Source: a virus
Taxonomy: Duplodnaviria; Caudoviricetes
DNA: 64,000 nucleotides
Direction: 5' to 3' (one strand)
IMG/VR virus record: IMGVR_UViG_2890524856_000001
Coordinates: 18,580 to 82,579 of that record
In this document: positions 47,094 through 56,684 of the stretch, piece after piece
Position numbering within the stretch: position 1 is the first letter of the stretch
How the letters are laid out: each line of letters opens with the position of its first letter
Position numbers and translations under genes: made by a program
Notes under the pieces: generated by a model
Seen by the model: only the letters and a program-made list of their open reading frames with translations
What the model was told of the DNA's origin: nothing
The model's database searches: none

Positions 47094-47777
47094 CTACTGG
47101 CCGCCAAATAGATCCAGCATGCCCTCATCGCTATTGGCCTGACTCATATTGACGCGATTGGAAACGAGTGCCTGCCGGCGCTCCATGAATTTATTTGCTG
47201 CCTGCACAACTGCGTGCGCCTCATCAATAGCACTTTGAAGTGTTGAGCCTGCAATTACATCTTCTTCAAACTGTGAGTTCCTACGACAAACCGTATCGAA
47301 CGCCAGGAAGCATTTATTCATTGATGTGAGCAAGCTACTCATATACCCCTGCATCGGGGTCATATCTGCAGCATTGGCAAGCAAAACAGTAACCATTCGG
47401 TCATTCTGCGCGGCGATCTGCTCTCGCACAGCCCGGAGAATAGCCATACGCTCCGCAGTCTCTGGATCACGCTCGGGCTCATCATGCAACCCCATCAAGT
47501 AATCCATGCTGACGCCGTATGCTTTCGCTGCTTTTATGAGGAAGTCTTTAGGTATCTTCGCAAATCCGGACTCAACCTTACTGAGCGCGGATGAATTTTT
47601 GTACCCGAGGAGTTGCGATGCTTCGATCTGGTCAAGCCGATTTAAATTGCGAGCATGGATCAATCGCTTACGCACAACTTCATTTATGGGCTCTTCCGGA
47701 AATGAAGATGCCAAGCGAGCAGCCGCACCGCGGCGAAAGTTGGCAATTGGGTGTAGTTCAGGCATCACTCGTGTCAT
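47094..47777 (-). CDS. XRE-family HTH regulator with long C-terminal helical domain
   Basis: RLIHARNLNRLDQIEASQLLG...LSKVESG...AAKAYGVSMDYLMG. Confidence 0.85.
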   Translation of the reverse strand: MTRVMPELHPIANFRRGAAARLASSFPEEPINEVVRKRLIHARNLNRLDQIEASQLLGYKNSSALSKVESGFAKIPKDFLIKAAKAYGVSMDYLMGLHDEPERDPETAERMAILRAVREQIAAQNDRMVTVLLANAADMTPMQGYMSSLLTSMNKCFLAFDTVCRRNSQFEEDVIAGSTLQSAIDEAHAVVQAANKFMERRQALVSNRVNMSQANSDEGMLDLFGGQ

Positions 47778-48170
47778 TCAGCTCTCACTTATAAAACCTA
47801 GTTTTTGTTGCGTTTCCTCTATCAACCCCAGCTCCGTAACACCGAACCTGAGTTCCCAGTTTTTCCTGCCCTGATGTATCCCATCTGAACCAGTATGGTG
47901 ATTGGGACATAATGGGCATGTATCAGTGTCCTTGGCTCGCCGCCCGCCACCAGTACCCGTGCGCCTATGGTGAACTTCGCACGCTACCCACCCATACCCA
48001 AGCATTGCGCATATTGCGCAGCCCAATGCGGCGACCTTCGACATATAATCTGGATTTGAATAGCCCTCTTTGCGCTTGGTGTGTTTTTTCTTAAATTTCG
48101 AGCGCCTTAGCTCGCCAGCAGCAGCCTTAAATCCACTGCCCCGGCTCTTGAATCCTGATCTTTTAAGCAT
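47778..48170 (-). CDS. ref: Ref-family (recombination enhancement) HNH nuclease
   Basis: VAALGCAIC...EVHH...PLCPNHH..G..GIH...WE.RFG..E..L. Confidence 0.8.
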   Translation of the reverse strand: MLKRSGFKSRGSGFKAAAGELRRSKFKKKHTKRKEGYSNPDYMSKVAALGCAICAMLGYGWVACEVHHRRTGTGGGRRAKDTDTCPLCPNHHTGSDGIHQGRKNWELRFGVTELGLIEETQQKLGFISES

Positions 48171-48224
48171 AACAAACTTAATATTCGTTTATGCATAATT
48201 ATAGCTTAATACGGGTTTTGCTAG

Positions 48225-48698
48225 TCAAATAAATGACATCACTCCATCCAAAAAAGCGAGCTCATTGACAGAATTTTTAAGCCATCTTTCATTCTCTGTT
48301 GGATAGAAAAATTTGATGATCACGTCTACAAGTTCACTATGCAGCGAGGAGAAATCGAACTCATCCATCTCTTCATAACTCCATGACCGAGGTACCCGAA
48401 TAACCTCACCTGTCGCAGCATCGACATACTCACGGACAAATGACGTTTGCATTGACAAGAACCAACGCAAGGCATCCTCGGAGTCAAACCGACATTGATT
48501 CTCAAAGACGAAGTGAAGCATAAGAAATACCAGGCGATGATGCTTCCCGTTGCGCTCCTTCTTTATATCGAACGAGACGACATCGCCATGGCTAAGCTGG
48601 ATCCTAGAAATGACCTTTAGGTCTTTCTGTGTTGATGGGACTAGACAGGCTTGCGACCTACCAGGGGGGAGAAAATAGACAAGTGAAACTTTTGGCAT
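48225..48698 (-). CDS. DUF1367/NinB-like protein
   Basis: KKERNGKHHRL.F.ML...PRSWSYEEMDE.DF..L. Confidence 0.7.
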   Translation of the reverse strand: MPKVSLVYFLPPGRSQACLVPSTQKDLKVISRIQLSHGDVVSFDIKKERNGKHHRLVFLMLHFVFENQCRFDSEDALRWFLSMQTSFVREYVDAATGEVIRVPRSWSYEEMDEFDFSSLHSELVDVIIKFFYPTENERWLKNSVNELAFLDGVMSFI

Positions 48699-48704
48699 AG
48701 ACGT

Positions 48705-49871
48705 CTATAAGAAGAAATCCCGCTGAACTAAAGGGGCGCTCCCTATATTCGACAAACATCTACTTTTTTCAAAAGACTTCTGAATGCGCCCCTCAGCAAT
48801 AGTCAAATATTGGGGAGATAACTCGATACCAATAAAATCAAATCCCTCGATACCAGCTGCTTTGCCTGTACTTCCTGACCCCATGAATGGGTCAAGAACG
48901 ATTCCGCCCGCTGGGGTGACTAAGCGACACAAGTATTTCATCAGTTCAGTCGGCTTGACAGTTGGATGGTAGTTTCCATTGCGCGCAGACCAATCGGCAT
49001 CCTCACGCTCTCGCATAGTTGCATTTGTTGATACAGCTGGAACGTCACCACTTTTAAGCCCTTCATTTCGATCCTTACGGCTAGCTTTAGCGCAGTAAAA
49101 AAAGCGGGCAGCACTTTTTTCAAGCTCGATACGAGGTTCGTGCGATGCAATACGACCAATCATTCCTCCGAATTTGACTGCACCACTGAAACCATTTGCA
49201 GTTGGTTCGTTTCCAGTAATTTTCCCCTGCTGGCCTTTCGCATCTGGGAACGCGGCTAGCACCTCATCACTGCCGTCGTGGATTAAGTTGGCCGGCCAGC
49301 GGCCGACGTGTTCACTAACTTCCTGGCTAAGCCCACGCCCATCACCGGCGGAAAATCTACCACCTTGAATAGCCGTGTTGATGCGGGTCTTTACTGCGTC
49401 ATCACCAACCCTGCACCCATCAATATTCGGCGCCCCCGTGCCATACTCCAGGACGTTCGCAGCCACGGTACCGACAAGTGGCTTTCGCGCTACACAGATC
49501 GGCTCGTGTGCTGGCTTGAGTGCGGTGCCCCAGCCTTGCCACTGCCCATCAAGGTTTCTGGACTTCGGGAATCCTGACCCATAAACCCACATAATTTGAT
49601 CGCGTATCTGGAAGCCCGCATCCTCAATTGCGCACGTCATGCGGTGATAAGTACGAGAACCACTGAAGGCCAGTAAGTGACCGCCTGGCTTCAACACTCG
49701 TAGTACTTCAGCCCACATTTGTGGGTTATAAGCGATACCACTTGCGTCCCAAGACTTTCCCATAAATCCAATCTCGTAAGGAGGATCGGTAACAACTGAA
49801 TCAACGCTGTTATCAGGGAATCTCTTCATTATTTCTACGCAGTCCCCAAGATGCAATGCATATTCACTCAT
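48705..49871 (-). CDS. Orphan DNA methyltransferase (N4/N6, beta class)
   Basis: DSVVTDPPY; HPTVKP; VLDPFMGSGSTG; no cognate endonuclease adjacent. Confidence 0.92.
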   Translation of the reverse strand: MSEYALHLGDCVEIMKRFPDNSVDSVVTDPPYEIGFMGKSWDASGIAYNPQMWAEVLRVLKPGGHLLAFSGSRTYHRMTCAIEDAGFQIRDQIMWVYGSGFPKSRNLDGQWQGWGTALKPAHEPICVARKPLVGTVAANVLEYGTGAPNIDGCRVGDDAVKTRINTAIQGGRFSAGDGRGLSQEVSEHVGRWPANLIHDGSDEVLAAFPDAKGQQGKITGNEPTANGFSGAVKFGGMIGRIASHEPRIELEKSAARFFYCAKASRKDRNEGLKSGDVPAVSTNATMREREDADWSARNGNYHPTVKPTELMKYLCRLVTPAGGIVLDPFMGSGSTGKAAGIEGFDFIGIELSPQYLTIAEGRIQKSFEKSRCLSNIGSAPLVQRDFFL

Positions 49872-49924
49872 AACTTATTCTTTTTTTGCTTGTTTTAATC
49901 ATTTTTGAATAATTGTAGGCGCAA

Positions 49925-50674
49925 CTATACGGCTGTAGGACAGGCATCTTTCACCTGGAACTTTGCCCATTCACCGGCAATCCAATGGATACCTTTTGGA
50001 GTGAATCTAGCCTGGTTGAATGCGTGGTTGGAAGTGCTCGATGTCCCAGCTTTGATTTCAAAACGTCCACAGTCAATGTGTGGCTGATAGGGAGTCCAAC
50101 CGTCGCCAAGCTTGTACATGATGTGGCGCGCATTCAAAAACCGCCTAAAATCAGACTCATTTGCCCCAAGGAGCTTGCAAACCTGCCGAAATCCCTTAGA
50201 GCCGGTTGCGTCAACGTATTTCTCTACGAATTCAACGTGGGGCTTAGTAGCCTCAATCTGTGCAGCCTGCTCCTCAATAATTTCTGCCTGAGCAAGTGCC
50301 AGCCGCAAGGCCTCTGTCATCGTCTTCGGGGCGCTAAATACCTTTTCAGAAAGCTGGTTGCGCATCTCAAAAAACACCCTGACAAGCCTCACCTTAAACT
50401 TTCGTACAACCTCGGTGTTGCGCATGTACGAAAACAACAATGTTGCATGATGCTCGTTCAATAGCGCATATTCGGTATTCCCGCCGCCATGCGAGCCAGG
50501 CAATCTTGGTCTGATTTCAAATCCGACCAAGCCAAATTCTTCCAAATCTGCGAGATATGTACGAACAAGCTTAATTACACTTGAATGATCGAGTTCAGAC
50601 CCATTTGCAATATCGATGGATGTTGTAACTAGCTGACCATTCGACAAACAAGTAACAATTGACTCACTCATCAA
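49925..50674 (-). CDS. Rha-domain plus KilAC-type antirepressor
   Basis: TTSIDIANG...H.SVIKLVRTY; PKTMTEALRLA...KPHVEFVE...QARFTPKGIHWIA. Confidence 0.85.
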   Translation of the reverse strand: MMSESIVTCLSNGQLVTTSIDIANGSELDHSSVIKLVRTYLADLEEFGLVGFEIRPRLPGSHGGGNTEYALLNEHHATLLFSYMRNTEVVRKFKVRLVRVFFEMRNQLSEKVFSAPKTMTEALRLALAQAEIIEEQAAQIEATKPHVEFVEKYVDATGSKGFRQVCKLLGANESDFRRFLNARHIMYKLGDGWTPYQPHIDCGRFEIKAGTSSTSNHAFNQARFTPKGIHWIAGEWAKFQVKDACPTAV

Positions 50675-50686
50675 AAATACTCCTGA

Positions 50687-51322
50687 TTATTCTTTGGGGA
50701 AATGTTTAGCCAACTTCAGAAGACCATCCATGCAACACTCAACAGCACGCATTGGCATCATGATTGCAACAGCTTCTGGAACGAGTCCAAACTGAACAAT
50801 CACAGGCGAACTTTCATCACCGCTACTCCAAAAACGAACAGACTGCATACGAGTGTCCTTGAGCCCCATTCCAAACAAATGCGCCAAAACATTCATGGAA
50901 ATAGCCTGTGGCACTTTCTCAGTAAGCGCCGCGAAATCAGGTAGCACCCTCTGATAGACCGGGTACTTCGCACCGGTAATCAAGCACTTGTTTGGCTGAA
51001 CGTATATTTCAAATGTGCCATCAAGCAACATAAGACGCTGCGTTTCGGTGTCTACTTGACACATAACACCGGCTTTAATCTGTGAATTTTTAGCACTCTT
51101 ACGAACGGCATCCGAATCAATCCGGCAGTTAATCTCTTGATCGCAGATTGCCAGAACATCCCGGATGCAGAGCATCGCATGCCCATTTGTAGCCACCAAT
51201 ACGGCACCGCCATCCTTGTGAGGGGAAATAAAAACACCCTCCAGGTAATAACGAGCACCACCCTTAGCGACAAAGGAGTTCAGCATTTTTATGTATTTGG
51301 CCTGAAATTGAATAATGCTCAC
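50687..51322 (-). CDS. DNA polymerase III beta-clamp-like phage protein
   Basis: ARYYLEGVFI...LVATNGH...AKYP.YQRVLP...IMMPMR. Confidence 0.7.
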   Translation of the reverse strand: MSIIQFQAKYIKMLNSFVAKGGARYYLEGVFISPHKDGGAVLVATNGHAMLCIRDVLAICDQEINCRIDSDAVRKSAKNSQIKAGVMCQVDTETQRLMLLDGTFEIYVQPNKCLITGAKYPVYQRVLPDFAALTEKVPQAISMNVLAHLFGMGLKDTRMQSVRFWSSGDESSPVIVQFGLVPEAVAIMMPMRAVECCMDGLLKLAKHFPKE

Positions 51323-51747
51323 GCTGCCACCCTTACATTCTGATCAAGGAGATGATGCGCAGAACGTGCGCAGTCAGAGACTAGACCCGTTTCAATATTG
51401 GGCAAAATCTTGAAATAGAACGAATGGAAAGCGCATAAATTCTTGTATTCGCCCGTCGTCAGCGTCAGTATGTCGCCACTTCTTTTCCATGCCTTCTGCA
51501 GCGATTCGTATGCAGCTGCGGCAACAGAGTCGAGATAAGCATGCCTAGTCATCCGCGCCAAAAACATGCCAGTTACTACTGAAAAAGCAATATGATTCCG
51601 CCCGACTTCACCACAAGCATTTCGCTTGAGGGTGTCAAAATGAATCAAATACATCAGCTCAATTTTATCGGCGTCAGCTTTGCCCAATGGCTGCTTTCTA
51701 GCAATCAATGCCAACCCAGGGTTTGGAATATTTTTTTTCATATTCAT
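51319..51747 (-). CDS. Hypothetical protein
   Basis: 142 aa, coupled overlap. Confidence 0.7.
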   Translation of the reverse strand: MNMKKNIPNPGLALIARKQPLGKADADKIELMYLIHFDTLKRNACGEVGRNHIAFSVVTGMFLARMTRHAYLDSVAAAAYESLQKAWKRSGDILTLTTGEYKNLCAFHSFYFKILPNIETGLVSDCARSAHHLLDQNVRVAA

Positions 51748-51817
51748 CAGATATTCTTCAAATTATTTGTTATGCCGGATCCATAAAATCATGTAGCTTT
51801 TTCTAAAGCTAACGACT

Positions 51818-52282
51818 TCAATAATTCTGAAACTCCCACCCGCCACCATCTTTCTTGGCACGTTTGATACACTTGATAAATCGAAACCAGGGCAACACCT
51901 CTGCGCATAATTTGATCTTCAAGTTACCAACCTGAGTTGTATATGAACCCTTTGTTTCGTGAATCTGAAGCTCAAGATTCGCCATCACGACCAAGAAATC
52001 GACCTCGTAAAACGTGTTGTCAGCAAGCCGAATATTCATCGGATGAAACTTCCAGTCCAAAACCTCACCAGATAGCTTTTTCCTATCGAGAATTTCTGCA
52101 TACTCGGCTTCAGTTTTGTTCATTTGGCTTTTTGGAATTCGCCCGATAGAAAAAAACCTATCCCTCGCAGCAATCGTCTTCTCAGCGCTAGAGCCACTTT
52201 GCTGCTTAGCCCCACTGCGGCGCCCCTTTGACTGCAACGCATTGAACTCGCTGACAGACATTCGAATTCCATTACCAGCCAT
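51818..52282 (-). CDS. PD-(D/E)XK endonuclease (DUF1064-like)
   Basis: MNKTEAEYA..L...RLAD.TFY..DF...IHETKG...KIK.CAE. Confidence 0.8.
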   Translation of the reverse strand: MAGNGIRMSVSEFNALQSKGRRSGAKQQSGSSAEKTIAARDRFFSIGRIPKSQMNKTEAEYAEILDRKKLSGEVLDWKFHPMNIRLADNTFYEVDFLVVMANLELQIHETKGSYTTQVGNLKIKLCAEVLPWFRFIKCIKRAKKDGGGWEFQNY

Positions 52283-52305
52283 TCAAGATACCTCTCGACC
52301 TAATT

Positions 52306-52339
52306 ATTCATTTTAGCATTTTTTAAGCCTTTTGTGGCT
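52306..52339 (-). promoter_or_regulatory. Operator plus extended -10 promoter
   Basis: Minus strand AGCCACAAAAGGCT-N7-TGCTAAAATGAAT, the same layout as at 61450-61483. Confidence 0.7.
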
Positions 52340-52347
52340 ATTTTTAG

Positions 52348-52587
52348 TCATGCCAATACATTTTTTGCTTCAAGCCAGACACCGCACTTGCCAACGTTTC
52401 CCATGCTAAATTGCTGGACAAAATCGCCGTTTAACTTACCTTTGGCCTCTTCGCCGCGCCGCTTTCCAACAAGTTCAAGGTATGCCGAAACTTCAGATGA
52501 TTTCCGCGACTGCAACCTCATCCGACACAGAAGTCGAACTTCGCACTCATGGCGATATTGCTCACTAAGATTGAATGGCCGCATCAC
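52348..52587 (-). CDS. Small conserved phage protein
   Basis: SEQYRHECEVR...YL..V.KRRG pattern. Confidence 0.75.
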   Translation of the reverse strand: MMRPFNLSEQYRHECEVRLLCRMRLQSRKSSEVSAYLELVGKRRGEEAKGKLNGDFVQQFSMGNVGKCGVWLEAKNVLA

Positions 52588-53369
52588 TGTAGCTCCCTAT
52601 ATTGCATCGTTTTTCTCTTTGCATCTGCTTTTGCGCGCTCCAGTGCTTTTCTATCTGCAGCGATTCTAGCCTCAGAAATCCTGTGGATCTTTTGATCTGC
52701 TGGCTCCATACCCGATATCAGATCGCGCATTCGTCGTATATTTTCTTGGATTTTTTCCCGCTCATAATCTTTCTGGGCATCTGCACCTGGCGGCGCTGAA
52801 AGCATCGGCAAAATTGGAGTGCTGGGGCTATTAAGCAGAATCTGAGCGAACTCGCTGTCATTGCGAATAAGCCCCTTTCTAAGGGCATCACCAATTGCGA
52901 CTCTTTGCCGATCTTTATCAAAGCCGATCGACACAGACCAGGAGGCGGGGACTGCGCGAATTCGAGCATTGGCAACCAAGCGGTTGTAATTTTCTTTAAA
53001 GGACATGCGAGCCCCGACTTTATCGCCGACATTCAAAATTGATTCACACAACCCAAACGCCTCGGCCATTTCCGCAGTCCAAACAACAGTTTCCCGCTGG
53101 TCTTTACTGCGCAAAGCGATAGCCCAAGCCTCCTCATCCCCCGGGCGCCCATCCATCTCTCTGCATCGCTTCATAATCGCTGCAGGAATCGGAGGAAATT
53201 CCGGCTGATTCACAACGTACATTGCCAATGCAGAAGCCACCACCTTCAGCGGATACGGACTCAGCAAATCCCACCAAGTATGCGAGGTTTCCGGAATAGA
53301 CTTGTCATAAGCGCCGAAGCATAGGCGCAGCGCCTGTAGGAACTCCGGCTTTTCCGTATCAAGCATCAC
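52584..53369 (-). CDS. Replication protein, helicase-loader-like (lambda P position)
   Basis: WW.LL..YP...V..AL...PP.PA.I...DGRPG.EEAWA.A; follows the initiator. Confidence 0.7.
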   Translation of the reverse strand: MMLDTEKPEFLQALRLCFGAYDKSIPETSHTWWDLLSPYPLKVVASALAMYVVNQPEFPPIPAAIMKRCREMDGRPGDEEAWAIALRSKDQRETVVWTAEMAEAFGLCESILNVGDKVGARMSFKENYNRLVANARIRAVPASWSVSIGFDKDRQRVAIGDALRKGLIRNDSEFAQILLNSPSTPILPMLSAPPGADAQKDYEREKIQENIRRMRDLISGMEPADQKIHRISEARIAADRKALERAKADAKRKTMQYRELQ

Positions 53370-54304
53370 GTCCTCCCCATTTCCAACGCCGGAACAGCAT
53401 CAACTCCGCAGATGCCGGTGACATCCGGGCTACCAAGGAACTCACGTTCAATTCGAGCATTTTTTTCTTCAATCGTTTCAGCCCGACTGCCACCCATCTG
53501 ACCCGAAAGCTCTTTGTCATTGCGAATAAATCGGTCAATGTTGTCCCCACTCTTCAAGATCACATCGAGGCCGTTGTACTTCACCCCCTGCGTATTTTTC
53601 CCCATGTTGTGAGGAGTTTTACTGCATCCACGGATAGCCAAACAAATGTCAGATGGCGAATAGCTCTTCAGCGCAGAACGAATCAGACCCTTTCGCTTGG
53701 AATCCAGAGCCGACCTGGGCGAATCCATCACTTTTTTCCAGAAATCGAAAATAGTCGACACGTCGTCGGGCTTTAGCTCGACATTGTTTTTATTTGACTC
53801 TGGTTCTGGTTCTGGCTCTGGTTCTGGTTTTAAAGCTGAGTCCGAAAGGGTTCCTAAAGGGTTATCAGGCACCTTATATTTTTCTTCAAAATTGTCCAAT
53901 TTCACCACCGGAAACACAGAGCTAAAAGCCCGAAGAGCCTTTGCCAGCATAGCTTTAACCTCATTTGGCGGGCTTATTGCATCAAACATTTTCCCAGCTG
54001 CGATACCGACATTTGGGTTCTCAAACTGGTTCCACTTCAAGTAATGCTGAATAAAAACCCATGAAGTCCTTTTGCAACGGTGCATAAACCCTTTAAAAGT
54101 CAGCTCATCAAACCCTTTCGATACCCTTTCAATATCCCACATAACATCCTCAGCAGCGTATGCCAAAGGTAGTCTGAAGCATCCAAGCATGTTTCCATGT
54201 GGACACGTCAATAGATAGAGCGCCAAGGTTCTAGCGTCATCGCTAAGCGCACGCGTATCCTCACTCGTCCAAAATGCCGAATAAACTTTTCCATAGTCAC
54301 GCAT
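53366..54304 (-). CDS. Phage replication initiator (lambda O position)
   Basis: MRDYGKV...FW.S...LSDDAR.LALYLLT.PHGNMLG.FRLP..Y...D..W; PEPEPE linker; start ATG 54304. Confidence 0.85.
   Translation of the reverse strand: MRDYGKVYSAFWTSEDTRALSDDARTLALYLLTCPHGNMLGCFRLPLAYAAEDVMWDIERVSKGFDELTFKGFMHRCKRTSWVFIQHYLKWNQFENPNVGIAAGKMFDAISPPNEVKAMLAKALRAFSSVFPVVKLDNFEEKYKVPDNPLGTLSDSALKPEPEPEPEPESNKNNVELKPDDVSTIFDFWKKVMDSPRSALDSKRKGLIRSALKSYSPSDICLAIRGCSKTPHNMGKNTQGVKYNGLDVILKSGDNIDRFIRNDKELSGQMGGSRAETIEEKNARIEREFLGSPDVTGICGVDAVPALEMGRT
53845..54130. repeat. Possible origin iterons within the initiator gene
   Basis: AAAGGGTT at 53845 and 53856; inverse AAACCCTTT at 54086 and 54110; ATACCCTTT at 54121. 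Confidence 0.45.
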
Positions 54305-54458
54305 GAGACACCCATTCAACTTTCAAAAAAATTGCTAAATTTCTGGAAGGCGTGTAACTACCTGGCATGCCTTCCTAGCCATTAAGCGGTGGCCGCAAAT
54401 GTCACCCATTACCAACAACCAACATTTGCCGCAAAAAAACACAAAAATCAATATTTCA

Positions 54459-54472
54459 AGCCATTTATGGCT
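54459..54472. promoter_or_regulatory. Consensus operator
   Basis: AGCCATTTATGGCT, identical to 9199-9212. Confidence 0.75.
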
Positions 54473-54532
54473 ATCGCGAGCGCGAAAAAAAGCACACCCT
54501 TTTCTAAGGATGTGCATCATCAATTACTATGA

Positions 54533-54778
54533 CTAGCGAATTTCTCGCCATGGTAAATACTGATGCTTTGATGCTGTCTCTGATACTTTCGTATCCTTTG
54601 AATCATCACCAATTCTCCAGACCTCGCCATCGAAATAGCTAAAAATTCGATCTGTACGCTCATCAGTATTTGTCGAATCTCTCTCATACATTCCGACTAC
54701 ATCTGGTACCAATTCACCACTATGCCAAGTAGCTGTATCGTTCAGCTTACCCGGATCAGCATCAGTATTTACACCCAT
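54533..54778 (-). CDS. Hypothetical protein
   Basis: 81 aa, 7 nt after the cro-like gene. Confidence 0.65.
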   Translation of the reverse strand: MGVNTDADPGKLNDTATWHSGELVPDVVGMYERDSTNTDERTDRIFSYFDGEVWRIGDDSKDTKVSETASKHQYLPWREIR

Positions 54779-54785
54779 GTTTTAC

Positions 54786-55064
54786 TCACATCGCGACAGG
54801 AACATTTTGCAAGTTTTCTTGGTGCCGCGTGTCACGCAACAAAATAGCCGCCTCGCGTTTTTTCAAAGCGAGATACATTTTACGAACATTGCGCACAGAT
54901 GGGTCTTTTGTTGTGCCTTGCATGATTTTGTTCAGCGTATTCTTCGGAACCTTGCTGTCTTTCGAAAACTGATCACGCTCCATGTAGTAGTGAACATTTC
55001 CGTTTTTCAGAACGTATTCAAGCTGGTCTTCACCGATTATTACCTGTTTAACTTGCTTTGCCAT
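54786..55064 (-). CDS. Cro-like HTH protein
   Basis: QFSKDSKVPKNTLNKIMQG.T.DP HTH; divergent from the repressor. Confidence 0.7.
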   Translation of the reverse strand: MAKQVKQVIIGEDQLEYVLKNGNVHYYMERDQFSKDSKVPKNTLNKIMQGTTKDPSVRNVRKMYLALKKREAAILLRDTRHQENLQNVPVAM

Positions 55065-55259
55065 AATTACCTCATAAATCGGATTGCAAATAACCCTTAT
55101 GCGGTAATTTTAACCCACAAACGAATTTTTTTGCAATGCTTGCGACTTTTTAGGCAAAAATAAAAAAGAGTAATTTTGATAACATTTTGGTTATTCCTAT
55201 TTGTTTTTACCGTAGATAAATTTAATCGCTCTGTGCAAAACTACATTAAGAATATAAGT

Positions 55260-55273
55260 AGCCTTGCAAGGCT
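55260..55273. promoter_or_regulatory. Operator upstream of the repressor gene
   Basis: Perfect palindrome AGCCTTGCAAGGCT. Confidence 0.7.
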
Positions 55274-55309
55274 AGGCTAAAACGCATAATATTACCCACG
55301 GATATAGCA

Positions 55310-55705
55310 ATGACACAAATAGATACTACCCACGAAGATCATTCGATTATGGCACCAACAAAAAGAACACCATCCGACCTGAGAGGCACAGTTGCAAGAC
55401 GCCTTGATGAATGGATGCGCGACAACATCGCGCTGGATACCCAGGCCAAGCTGGCAATGGCATCCGGCGTTGGGCAAACTACAATCGGCCGAATACTGAA
55501 TAAGCAAACATCTCCAACCCTGGACGTACTAGAAAGTATTGCAAGTACCTTTGGCCGCGATGTCTCTGACCTGATTGCGAGATCAAGCGCTGATTTTATT
55601 AATTATGATAAGTCAAAATACGCTCGCCTTCCGGACTACGAAAAAATCCGCGTAGAAGGATTTATTAAACACGTAATTTCTGAGCATAACCGCGGAGATT
55701 CCTAA
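55310..55705 (+). CDS. CI-like XRE repressor lacking a peptidase domain
   Basis: TQAKLAMASGVGQTTIGRILN...PTLDVLESIA..FG; no S24 domain. Confidence 0.85.
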   Translation: MTQIDTTHEDHSIMAPTKRTPSDLRGTVARRLDEWMRDNIALDTQAKLAMASGVGQTTIGRILNKQTSPTLDVLESIASTFGRDVSDLIARSSADFINYDKSKYARLPDYEKIRVEGFIKHVISEHNRGDS

Positions 55706-55741
55706 GGCTTCATAGTTCGCCCATTTTTCTGGGCGCTTTCT

Positions 55742-55770
55742 TTTACCATCAAATAGCCATATAATACTAT
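55742..55770 (+). promoter_or_regulatory. sigma70 promoter with operator, recombination operon
   Basis: TTTACC-N17-TACTAT; AGCCATATAATACT at 55755-55768. Confidence 0.7.
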
Positions 55771-55829
55771 TTTAAGCCTTTACAGAATTTAATATCCTAT
55801 ATAAACTGACCTCATTTAACGGATTACAC

Positions 55830-56651
55830 ATGAAAACAATAGGAACAATTAGGGCATCGAGTTGTATCGGCTTATTTGACTGCGCGCTATCCTGGTATTA
55901 CACCAATATAAAGGGGATACGAAGCCCATCAAATGGCTTATCTGCAACGGGTACAGCAATACATGCTGGAACTGCATATTTTGATGAAGCGAGAATGAAC
56001 GGAGAAACACCGGAGGTTTCCGCTGCTGTAGAAATAACCATAGATGCATTGAATAACCCGAATGAGGAAGTGCAGTGGGACAGCGTCAAGATGCACCGTG
56101 AAATGGAATTAAAAGCTATCAAGTTAACGACAAGATATTGCATAGAGATTGCGCCAACGCGGGAATATGTTGCAGTCGAATTACATTGCCCACCACTGAA
56201 TGTCCAGACGAAATATGGCGTTATCAAATTGACCGGATCAACTGACAGGATCCGGAGAACCGAGGATAGAAGGCTTGGCATATCAGATTTGAAGTCCGGG
56301 AAAATGGCGGTTAAGGTCGGATTCGAGGATCACGAGGAGGCAGTGGCCTCAACCGCAAATCATCACATCCAACTAGGCATTTACACATTACTTGCGGAAG
56401 AAGCAGCCCAAACGGTCTTTGATGCTCCTGCAGAGATAATTGGATTAAGTACTGGCCGGAATGCAACGATCGCGATATCTGAAGTTGAGGACGTAAAAAC
56501 AGCACTGCTGGGCACTGATGAGGTAGATGGAATGCTGGATATGGCAGGGAAAATGCTGAAAGAAGGTTTTTTTCCACCAAATCCACGATCAATTTTATGT
56601 AGCAAAAAGTATTGTGCGGGCTATTCGCGCTGCCCCTACAAAGGTAAATAA
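55830..56651 (+). CDS. PD-(D/E)XK RecB/Cas4-like exonuclease
   Basis: IRASS...C...GTAIH...LTGSTD.I...ISDLKSG...QLGIY...CSKKYC..Y..CP. Confidence 0.85.
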   Translation: MKTIGTIRASSCIGLFDCALSWYYTNIKGIRSPSNGLSATGTAIHAGTAYFDEARMNGETPEVSAAVEITIDALNNPNEEVQWDSVKMHREMELKAIKLTTRYCIEIAPTREYVAVELHCPPLNVQTKYGVIKLTGSTDRIRRTEDRRLGISDLKSGKMAVKVGFEDHEEAVASTANHHIQLGIYTLLAEEAAQTVFDAPAEIIGLSTGRNATIAISEVEDVKTALLGTDEVDGMLDMAGKMLKEGFFPPNPRSILCSKKYCAGYSRCPYKGK

Positions 56652-56684
56652 CGAGCAACTTTCACCAACTAACTGGAGTTAAAT

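Noticed and set aside
53800-53830. GGTTCT hexamer repeats
   Set aside because: Encode the PEPEPE linker typical of this initiator family
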